From positions 1 to 62,424 of the IMG/VR virus record IMGVR_UViG_3300023210_000033: DNA of 62,424 nucleotides; one strand, 5' to 3'. A program made the translations under genes and the position numbers. This stretch comes from a virus. Lineage: Duplodnaviria > Caudoviricetes. Every line of letters starts with the position of its first letter. Within the stretch, counting starts at the first letter, position 1. Below the pieces are notes generated by a model that was not told where the DNA came from, ran no database searches, and saw only the letters and a program-made list of their open reading frames with translations. This document shows positions 46,125 through 52,865 of this stretch, in pieces.

Positions 46125-46337
46125 TTATTTCTTGAATAGTTCGTGGTAAAACAACACGCTTGACACGTACGTTAAGAACATAAGAAACAAGCACACGATT
46201 ACATAGTAAACGTTGCTGACTACTGACGAGTCAAGGTCTCCGTACATTGCGTACATTAGTCTTGCCGCACACGTGTAAACGAATAAGGCTACTGCTACTG
46301 ATAATAATTTTCCTGTGATTTTGATAATTGATTTCAT
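46125..46337 (-). CDS. Small two-TM membrane protein
   Basis: Start MKSIIK; two hydrophobic helices. Confidence 0.65.
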   Translation of the reverse strand: MKSIIKITGKLLSVAVALFVYTCAARLMYAMYGDLDSSVVSNVYYVIVCLFLMFLTYVSSVLFYHELFKK

Positions 46338-46356
46338 TTTATTATGGTTTTGTGGA

Positions 46357-46372
46357 GTGTCCTTAAAGACAC
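46357..46372. repeat. 16-bp palindromic motif copy 11 (leader of the membrane-protein gene)
   Basis: GTGTCCTTAAAGACAC within a ~35-bp context TGGTTTTGTGGA..TCCGGTT shared with copy 13. Confidence 0.9.
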
Positions 46373-46390
46373 TCCGGTTATTAATTAAGA

Positions 46391-46702
46391 TTATATTTTG
46401 TGCGCCCAAGAGCCATTCTTGTTAATGATTGTTTCTACATCTTCAACATCTGTCCATCGGATATTAACTGCGGTAACATCTTCAAAGGCTACCTTTTGAA
46501 ATTGAAATCCACAAGCATCTGCGATTATGTTCTTTACTCCAAAGTCAATTACTTCAACCCAATCAAGGTTATCTGTATCGAATCCCTCGGTCATATTAAA
46601 TGCTTCAGCATCTGTGGTGATTAGAATTTCATCTACTCTTTTGTTGTTTGCAAAAATTTCTTTGATGTTGTCCTGTCCAAAAATTAATTCGTTTGTATTC
46701 AT
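46391..46702 (-). CDS. Acidic hypothetical protein
   Basis: 103 aa, Asp/Glu-rich. Confidence 0.65.
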   Translation of the reverse strand: MNTNELIFGQDNIKEIFANNKRVDEILITTDAEAFNMTEGFDTDNLDWVEVIDFGVKNIIADACGFQFQKVAFEDVTAVNIRWTDVEDVETIINKNGSWAHKI

Positions 46703-46777
46703 TTTAATTTGATTTTATTGTTCCTGTTTCATCCTTTTGGAATCATCAGCCGGAATACTCATTCCGATACAGGAGGA

Positions 46778-46793
46778 GTGTCCTCGAGGACAC
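46778..46793. repeat. 16-bp palindromic motif copy 12 (perfect palindrome GTGTCCTCGAGGACAC)
   Basis: Intergenic, downstream of the amidoligase gene; extended by GGA/TCC. Confidence 0.92.
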
Positions 46794-46809
46794 TCCCTGC
46801 GTTAGAGAA

Positions 46810-47769
46810 TCATCTCCATCCGTTTCTGCGTAGTTCGTTATCCCACAGACTCTGCTGAGAGCGGTTAGGGTCAACCCATCTCACAACCGCTCTGTTAATC
46901 TTTCCGGTCTTCAAGTACTTCTGAAAGCCTTTTGCGATTGTCATAATCTCGTTGACCTTTTCCATATCATTATTGTACATTGACTTTACTACAGGCAAAC
47001 ACTTCTTAAGCAAAGCGTTATGGCTTCCGTTTGGATTGTTAATGCTGAAATCCAAAACGATGTAAAATAACTCGTATCGTCTCCACATCTGCTTTACAGA
47101 TTGGAATCTTGACACAAGGCGAAATTCAACAACATTACCTTTGATTTGTACCGCTTGGTATCTTGTGCCTCTGAAACCTGCATCCATCTGTAGATTAGCG
47201 TAGCAGTAAGTGTTTGTCAATCTCTTGCGAAATAATGAGTAGATGATTCCAACATTCTTGCGCATTGCATTCGCTATCTCTTCACCGGTCATCCCCTCTA
47301 CACCGATTGTAGTGTGACCACCACATCTGTGGTTACTTGGGCTAAATGCATCGTCAATCACTTTCGTAGCATCAAACATCAAAGAGAAAATTTTGTTTCT
47401 CCAATGTCCGGCAGGTAGCAAAGGAATGATGTTGGTTACCGCTTCATATCCACAAGATGAATCTCTTTCGAATCCTGCGAATAATGGATAAGGCTTTGTA
47501 GCACTTCTGTTGATGTTGTTTTTCTCAACTTCAAAACCGATAGTAAACTTGCTCATAAAATCACCATTCAAAACGCTGATTAGATTCTTGCGGTCAACTT
47601 TTTTTAGCTGAGCGATATCTGTATTCTTAGCACCTTTGTGCAATTCCTTGAATCCTCTGTTTTGTGTCGAATGGTATCCGTTGATAACTCCTCTTTCACG
47701 TGTATTGTAGGCATCATCATTGTTGTAGATGTCTTTGTATTGGATTCCTAATTCTGCATTTGTAGTCAT
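46810..47769 (-). CDS. Putative amidoligase (COOH-NH2 ligase, glutamine-synthetase-like fold)
   Basis: FTIGFEVE, ERDSSCGYEAVT, CGGHTTIG, RYQAV..VEFR; likely start MTTNAEL at 47769. Confidence 0.75.
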   Translation of the reverse strand: MTTNAELGIQYKDIYNNDDAYNTRERGVINGYHSTQNRGFKELHKGAKNTDIAQLKKVDRKNLISVLNGDFMSKFTIGFEVEKNNINRSATKPYPLFAGFERDSSCGYEAVTNIIPLLPAGHWRNKIFSLMFDATKVIDDAFSPSNHRCGGHTTIGVEGMTGEEIANAMRKNVGIIYSLFRKRLTNTYCYANLQMDAGFRGTRYQAVQIKGNVVEFRLVSRFQSVKQMWRRYELFYIVLDFSINNPNGSHNALLKKCLPVVKSMYNNDMEKVNEIMTIAKGFQKYLKTGKINRAVVRWVDPNRSQQSLWDNELRRNGWR

Positions 47770-47789
47770 AATTCCTGTGGTTTTGTGGA

Positions 47790-47805
47790 GTGTCTTCAAG
47801 GACAC
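47790..47805. repeat. 16-bp palindromic motif copy 13 (leader of the amidoligase gene)
   Basis: GTGTCTTCAAGGACAC in the same ~35-bp context as copy 11. Confidence 0.92.
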
Positions 47806-47826
47806 TCCGGTTTAGTTTGATTTAAT

Positions 47827-48474
47827 TTAGCTTAATTGTCCGTTAATCATTGCAAGTACTTCCTGCACTTGTGCTTGAGTGTTTCTTGTAAATACTTCAC
47901 CATTTGCATCGATTCTCCAAGCGACATTGTCACCATTTGGATTCTTAAACGATAGTGTAATAATTGTCTCAACTCGCTCTGTAGTATTCTCTACTGCTTC
48001 AGTAATTGCTTCCTGCTCTGCCTCGGCAATCTGTTCCTCTGTAGCATCTTCACTATGCTCTAACGAATCAAGGTCAATGCCTCTGCTGAATTCTAAAAGA
48101 CCGGCAATACTTCTCTGTGCATCATCGCCATTGGCATCACACATTTCGTTGAATGCATCTACAATTCTTTGGTCAAGGTTACCTGCCTTGATGACCTTGT
48201 AGAAGAATGATTTTTGCCATCCGAATACCTTTAGACCGAAATCTTTTTTGCTCCATTCGATTCCCTCTTCAGCAAATAACTCTTTCCCCTCTGTAGATTC
48301 AAAGAATGTCACCGCCTCGTTTACGAGTTTAGACATCTTCATTGTGTGACCGAATTTGCTCTTCTGAGCATTCTTAATTGAACGCTGAATGCGTTTGATG
48401 TCGGTTAAGTTTAATTGCGCTTTCACCTGTGGTAGGTTTAAGAAGGCTGTTTCGATTGATAATAAATTGCTCAT
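47827..48474 (-). CDS. First early gene; possible HTH DNA-binding protein with acidic C-terminal region
   Basis: WSKKDFGLKVFGWQKSFFYKVIKAG looks HTH-like; Glu-rich segment; directly after promoter 48556..48563. Confidence 0.55.
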   Translation of the reverse strand: MSNLLSIETAFLNLPQVKAQLNLTDIKRIQRSIKNAQKSKFGHTMKMSKLVNEAVTFFESTEGKELFAEEGIEWSKKDFGLKVFGWQKSFFYKVIKAGNLDQRIVDAFNEMCDANGDDAQRSIAGLLEFSRGIDLDSLEHSEDATEEQIAEAEQEAITEAVENTTERVETIITLSFKNPNGDNVAWRIDANGEVFTRNTQAQVQEVLAMINGQLS

Positions 48475-48555
48475 AATTTGTAAATTTTAGTGTTAATTAA
48501 TTGATTTTCAGTTAGTTATCTAATTTTGGTGAGGTGTATATCTTTCCCCTCTGTG

Positions 48556-48563
48556 CAAATATA
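48556..48563 (-). promoter_or_regulatory. Bacteroidota -7 element (TATATTTG) for the leftward early operon
   Basis: CAAATATA on the + strand, upstream of ATG 48474. Confidence 0.6.
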
Positions 48564-48689
48564 GTCTAATTCTCGTTAATACAAAAGGATTAGGTCAAAA
48601 GTTTTTCTGTTCCCCAAGAAAAGTTTAGGTGAATTTATTTTCGTGCAGAGGCTAAGAGATGTCTCTGTGCATCTCGTACTTTTTGCAAA

Positions 48690-48705
48690 GTGTCTTTGAG
48701 GACAC
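48690..48705. repeat. 16-bp palindromic motif copy 14
   Basis: GTGTCTTTGAGGACAC in the divergent intergenic region. Confidence 0.92.
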
Positions 48706-48713
48706 AAACTTGA

Positions 48714-48827
48714 ACCGGAGCAGTTTTGGTTCGGGTTATGACCGGAGCAGGACGGGAGCAGGACGGGAGCGGAGCAGGATACGAGCGGAGCAATCGCATA
48801 ACGGGAGCGGAGCAGGAGCGGAGCAGG
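48714..48827 (+). repeat. GC-rich, purine-skewed short tandem repeats (GGAGC-A/G-G units)
   Basis: About ten GGAGC/GAGC units (ACCGGAGCAG x2, GACGGGAGC x2, GAGCGGAGCAGG x3) in an AT-rich genome. Confidence 0.85.
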
Positions 48828-49008
48828 TGCGCACTATGGACACAGGTACACAGGGCTAAAATAAAACGCCAAAAAATCCGGATGCGGTTATTTTTTTTTG
48901 ACCCCCACCCCTCAATTTTTTTTTCGGTTCTGTCAGCGGCTCGTCAGCGCAGCGCCCCATAGAACCTTTTGGTTCAATATGTCTGATAAATTTTTTGTAT
49001 CTTTGGGG

Positions 49009-49164
49009 ATGAGTTATATCGTAGAGATACATAACAGGGTGCGTGTAGGATTTGCATTAGGTTGGAGTTGGTACTCAATAGATGAGGAGTATGACTACGG
49101 AGAACTTATTTTATTTATAGGACTAATAAGTATAAACATAAAGTACACGTATGAAGAAGTTTAA
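49009..49164 (+). CDS. Small hypothetical protein
   Basis: MSYIVEIHNR..; ATG lies 3 nt after TATCTTTG (48998..49005), suggesting a leaderless transcript. Confidence 0.5.
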   Translation: MSYIVEIHNRVRVGFALGWSWYSIDEEYDYGELILFIGLISINIKYTYEEV

Positions 49165-49339
49165 AAGTATGGGAGGTCTGACCGTTAAGAATGGTCGCCT
49201 TATAAATGATAGACCTGTTGGAATTTCAGGTATCCAAGAAGCAGTAGAGATGAAGTCATCAATGAAGAAAATTCAGAAGGTGAATATGATTGCTGATGGA
49301 GTAGAATTGTCAGAAGGACGTAAAGGTTTCTTCAGATAG
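49151..49339 (+). CDS. Small basic hypothetical protein
   Basis: 62 aa, followed by a terminator. Confidence 0.65.
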   Translation: MKKFKSMGGLTVKNGRLINDRPVGISGIQEAVEMKSSMKKIQKVNMIADGVELSEGRKGFFR

Positions 49340-49365
49340 TGTTGATTGATTGATAGTTGATTTAG

Positions 49366-49396
49366 AGAGAGGGAGTGATTACCCTCTCTTTTTTTT
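49366..49396 (+). terminator. Rho-independent terminator
   Basis: AGAGAGGG-loop-CCCTCTCT plus a T-run. Confidence 0.7.
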
Positions 49397-49397
49397 G

Positions 49398-49471
49398 TAC
49401 CCCCTTCAGGACTCGAACCTGAAACCTACACATTAGAAGTGTGTTGCTCTATCCAATTGAGCTAAGAGGGC
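49398..49471 (-). tRNA. tRNA-Arg (anticodon TCT)
   Basis: GCCCTCTTAGCTCAATTGGATAGAGC..ACACA-CTTCTAA-TGTGT..GGTTCGAGTCC..AGGGGGT-A: full cloverleaf with no encoded CCA. Confidence 0.93.
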
Positions 49472-49483
49472 AGATGTTATTGT

Positions 49484-49643
49484 ATGTTGATAGTCTGTCG
49501 TTTGATGTCGGTTATTAATTTGTAACTAACTGATTATTAATAAGATGTCGATAATGTCGATTTTAAAGTAGAATTCCAATATATTTTTTATAATAAGTAA
49601 CCCTATAAATATGTAGTAGTATAGGAGAAGAGTTTGTTGACAT
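49484..49643. promoter_or_regulatory. Origin-like module B (second copy of the TGTYG / IHF-site / AT-rich architecture)
   Basis: ATGTTG 49484, CTGTCG 49495, ATGTCG 49505, TAACTAACTGATT 49523, ATGTCG 49545 and 49554, inverted TGACAT 49638. Confidence 0.55.
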
Positions 49644-49729
49644 AAATATAATTTAGACGAGAGTTAAATAAGTATTATACATCACCCTTATTAGATGATA
49701 AATCTACAATTTATTCCTTAAAAGTTTAG

Positions 49730-49737
49730 TATCTTTG
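49730..49737 (+). promoter_or_regulatory. Bacteroidota -7 element (TATCTTTG) upstream of groEL
   Basis: Consensus match 18 nt before the ATG. Confidence 0.7.
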
Positions 49738-49755
49738 TGATAAATCTAATTTAAT

Positions 49756-51360
49756 ATGAATGAAATAGGGTACTCACCAAAGAATTTAAAGTTTGACGAT
49801 GAAGGTCGTAACAAACTTATTACCGGAATTAGCACGATTGCTAAAGCAGTTAAGTCAACACTCGGTCCATCCGGACAGACTGTGCTAATAGAATCACCTC
49901 ATCACACTCACGGAATCACAGTTACTAAGGACGGAGTTACAGTCGCTAAGGCAGTAGACCTCTTAGACCCGACCGAGAACCTTGCGGTTCGGATGATGAA
50001 GGAATCGGCAGACAGAACTGCAGCATCTGCAGGAGACGGAACTACAACTGCTATAGTTTTAACTGAGGCTTTAGTAAAAGCAGGAATTGAAATGATAGGA
50101 GAAGATACCAATAAGACAGAAGTCTTGAGGGATATCGTAACTAAAACAAATGCAATCTGTGACAATCTAAAGAAGATGTCAAGGGCAGTTACTAAAAGTA
50201 AGTTAAAGGATGTGGCTACTATATCAGCTAACAACGACACAACCATTGGTAACATTATCTCGAAAGTATACAAGGACGTAGGCAAAAATGGCATCGTGAC
50301 TGTTGACCGTTCCCAAACTTCCGAAACATACTTCGAGACAACCAATGGGTTAAAAATAGATAGAGGTTATTCTTCTAACCTTTTTATCAATGACCAAAAG
50401 AAAGATGAGTGTGTCCTTGAAGACACTCTTGTAATGGTATCAGATGCAGAGATAAGTAATATACTACAGATTGAAAATATACTTAAACCTGTATTAGGAG
50501 ATAATAAGAAACTATTAATTATAGCACCGTGTTCGACTAATGTGATAAACACATTAGCTGCGAACGTAATGAAGAGGGGAATCAAAGTTTGTGCCATAAC
50601 CCCTCCTTCATTTGGATACAAGCAACACGAACTTATGCACGACATTGCAGTATCAGTTGGTGCAACATACTTTTCAGAAAAGACAGGAGATGACCTCAGC
50701 CTTATGACTATAGATGACTTAGGTAGTGCAGCTAAAGTTATAGTAGGAAAGAACTCAACGGTATTACTAAAAGAATCAAATGTAATTAGTGAAACCACAG
50801 AAGAGAGAGTTAATCAGTTATGGGATGCTCATAACAATGCAGTAAAGAAAGGTGATAAAGAATTTATCTTGTCAAGGATAGCTTCTCTTACAGGAGGGAT
50901 AGGAGTTATTTATGTAGGAGGTCAAACAGACTTAGAACAAAAAGAACTATACGATAGAGTAGACGATGCAGTATGCGCAGTACGCTCAGCACTTGAAGAA
51001 GGAATTCTTCCCGGTGGTGGATTGGCTCTTTACAAGGAAGCTACCTTCGTTGAAGATGCTAATGGTGGGGTTGCAGGAAAAATTTTAGCGAGAGCACTTC
51101 GTGCTCCTTTATTACAGATTTATGAAAACGCAGGTTTGAAGTTATCAGTAGATGAAGAACAAAAACTTATGTATGATGAAGGTACTGAAGGTATGAACGT
51201 TAAAACAGGAGAGTGGGGAGATATGTATAAGATGGGTGTTATTGACCCATTGAAAGTTACAAGGTCCGCATTACAGAATGCAGTATCAGTAGCAGTAACA
51301 ATTTTATCGACTAACGCTATTATAACAATGGCAAGAACATACGAGGAAAGCGGTGATTAA
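49756..51360 (+). CDS. groEL: Phage chaperonin GroEL
   Basis: STLGP, VTKDGVTVAK, AGDGTTTA, DRGY, VDDAVCAVRSALEEGILPGGG, GVIDPLKVTRSALQNA. Confidence 0.96.
   Translation: MNEIGYSPKNLKFDDEGRNKLITGISTIAKAVKSTLGPSGQTVLIESPHHTHGITVTKDGVTVAKAVDLLDPTENLAVRMMKESADRTAASAGDGTTTAIVLTEALVKAGIEMIGEDTNKTEVLRDIVTKTNAICDNLKKMSRAVTKSKLKDVATISANNDTTIGNIISKVYKDVGKNGIVTVDRSQTSETYFETTNGLKIDRGYSSNLFINDQKKDECVLEDTLVMVSDAEISNILQIENILKPVLGDNKKLLIIAPCSTNVINTLAANVMKRGIKVCAITPPSFGYKQHELMHDIAVSVGATYFSEKTGDDLSLMTIDDLGSAAKVIVGKNSTVLLKESNVISETTEERVNQLWDAHNNAVKKGDKEFILSRIASLTGGIGVIYVGGQTDLEQKELYDRVDDAVCAVRSALEEGILPGGGLALYKEATFVEDANGGVAGKILARALRAPLLQIYENAGLKLSVDEEQKLMYDEGTEGMNVKTGEWGDMYKMGVIDPLKVTRSALQNAVSVAVTILSTNAIITMARTYEESGD
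50411..50426. repeat. 16-bp palindromic motif copy 15, inside groEL
   Basis: GTGTCCTTGAAGACAC, read as CVLEDT. Confidence 0.92.
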
Positions 51361-51430
51361 AAAAGAATGGCAATGGATGAGGGAGGACCATCCTTCATCT
51401 GTGGAGTCTCAAATAAAAAAAAGAAACACA

Positions 51431-51688
51431 ATGAAACCAATAGGTAAATATATTTTAATAAACCCAATTGATGAAGAGATGGAAACCAAGTCAGGTTTGT
51501 TGCTTTCAGCAGAAGACTCTAATCAGTTTAGATATAAAAAAGGAACGGTAGTTGTATCGGGAACAGATGTAATTAACATTACAGAAAAAGATACCATCTA
51601 CTATGACAGTCGTGCAGGTTACACTATGATGATAGGCTCTGAGTCTTATACAATCATCAAGGAAGCTGATGTCGTTGTTGTTTTATAA
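51431..51688 (+). CDS. groES: Co-chaperonin GroES
   Basis: MKPIGKYILI..TKSGLLL..GTVVVSG..IIKEADV; likely start 51431. Confidence 0.9.
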   Translation: MKPIGKYILINPIDEEMETKSGLLLSAEDSNQFRYKKGTVVVSGTDVINITEKDTIYYDSRAGYTMMIGSESYTIIKEADVVVVL

Positions 51689-52097
51689 ACTTATTCATTT
51701 CTTTTATCATATTCCTATAGACCTTATCGGTGTAGGAAACATTCTTTAAAAACATCGGGTTGACAGAGGCACTTGTAGGTATCTCTTCGCCCGATAATTT
51801 TTTATACATAGTAAGTATCATTCTCTTTCCCTTGTATGATATCTCATACAAAGCCTTAGATTTTCCTGAGCGTTTTCTAAATACGCTTATCCAACCATCC
51901 TTTAGTAGTCTATCAAATCTATTAACGTCCCACGATAGTAGTTCATCAAACTCAGCAAACTTATCTTTGTCGAAATACTTCTCTGAGTATAAGAACAATA
52001 GGATGTCTAAGTCTGCAGTTCCTATTTTGTATTTGGCTTTAATAAAATATCTAACTACCCTCCAATATTTGAGATAGTCATAGTTCTGAATAGGCAT
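51657..52097 (-). CDS. Winged-helix (MarR-like) DNA-binding protein
   Basis: DLDILLFL..FDRLLKDGWISVFRK..KALYEISYKGK; isolated - strand gene among + genes. Confidence 0.65.
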   Translation of the reverse strand: MPIQNYDYLKYWRVVRYFIKAKYKIGTADLDILLFLYSEKYFDKDKFAEFDELLSWDVNRFDRLLKDGWISVFRKRSGKSKALYEISYKGKRMILTMYKKLSGEEIPTSASVNPMFLKNVSYTDKVYRNMIKEMNKFIKQQRHQLP

Positions 52098-52109
52098 AAA
52101 TTAAATTGT

Positions 52110-52128
52110 TATCTTTGTAGCAAAGATA
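52110..52128. promoter_or_regulatory. Face-to-face pair of -7 promoter elements (TATCTTTG-TAG-CAAAGATA)
   Basis: Perfect inverted repeat of TATCTTTG in the 36-bp gap between divergent genes. Confidence 0.7.
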
Positions 52129-52133
52129 TAAAA

Positions 52134-52358
52134 ATGGGAGACAAGGCTAAAACAGAAAAACCAAAGTACAAAGCAGGAGATGCTTTGAAGGGTATTGCAC
52201 TTGAATTAGATAAGTATACTTTTAAAACTTCAGATGTTACAAAGTGGACTAAACCTAATCCTATAACTACTACCCCATCAACAACGAGAACTCCTTCACA
52301 GTTAAAAGGATTGAACTCGTCTATGAGATTAAGAAGTACTCAAAGAAAAAAATCATAA
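52134..52358 (+). CDS. Small basic hypothetical protein
   Basis: 74 aa, Lys/Thr-rich. Confidence 0.6.
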   Translation: MGDKAKTEKPKYKAGDALKGIALELDKYTFKTSDVTKWTKPNPITTTPSTTRTPSQLKGLNSSMRLRSTQRKKS

Positions 52359-52362
52359 CGTT

Positions 52363-52491
52363 ATGAACAAAACAATCAAACCTTATTTTACAGGAGCGAA
52401 TAAATCTATGGGAGGTCAGCCTGAAAAAAGTGGACTACCATCTAATAAGCAAATTGCTAATAGTGTTTATTCTAAATGTGGTAAGAAGTAA
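52363..52491 (+). CDS. Small basic hypothetical protein (42 aa, not in the ORF track)
   Basis: MNKTIKPYFTGANKS..KCGKK* fills the gap. Confidence 0.45.
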   Translation: MNKTIKPYFTGANKSMGGQPEKSGLPSNKQIANSVYSKCGKK

Positions 52492-52506
52492 TAAATACAC
52501 TAAGAG

Positions 52507-52863
52507 ATGAGTTGTAAGGGATTATCAGGAAAGGCTTTGATGGATTGCAAGACAGGACAAAAAGCAACAGTAACTACTGCTTCAGTAAATAGGGTGAACA
52601 ATGACAAAGTGAAAAGAAGAAGCCACTCTACTATTGAAAGCAGTAATCGTATATCTAAAAAAACAGTAAAGGGAGAGAAGATAAAAAGAAAGTCGTACAC
52701 GTTACAGGATGACGGAAGTTTGAGGATAGCAAGGAATAGTTCTTCGAATCCAAAGGGGAGTATAAGAACTATCAAGAATCCTAATCGAGCAACAAGAATA
52801 TTTAATCGAGCAACAAAAAGACTTAATAATCAGCAAAACCTTTTTAATAAAAAAGCATTGTAA
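52507..52863 (+). CDS. Highly basic hypothetical protein
   Basis: 118 aa, Lys/Arg-rich. Confidence 0.6.
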   Translation: MSCKGLSGKALMDCKTGQKATVTTASVNRVNNDKVKRRSHSTIESSNRISKKTVKGEKIKRKSYTLQDDGSLRIARNSSSNPKGSIRTIKNPNRATRIFNRATKRLNNQQNLFNKKAL

Positions 52864-52865
52864 CG

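Noticed and set aside
48659-48962. ORFs 48659..48859 and 48726..48962
   Set aside because: They are translations of the GGAGC repeat tract, with low complexity and atypical composition.
49398-49471. tRNA as a prophage attachment site / temperate lifestyle
   Set aside because: No integrase, excisionase or flanking host genes were recognised, and the sequence closes as a circle.
4382-50426. The palindromic 16-mer as a CRISPR repeat or a REP/MITE element
   Set aside because: Copies are 0.4-13 kb apart with no spacer array. No cas or transposase gene and no target-site duplications were seen, and in-gene copies keep the reading frame.
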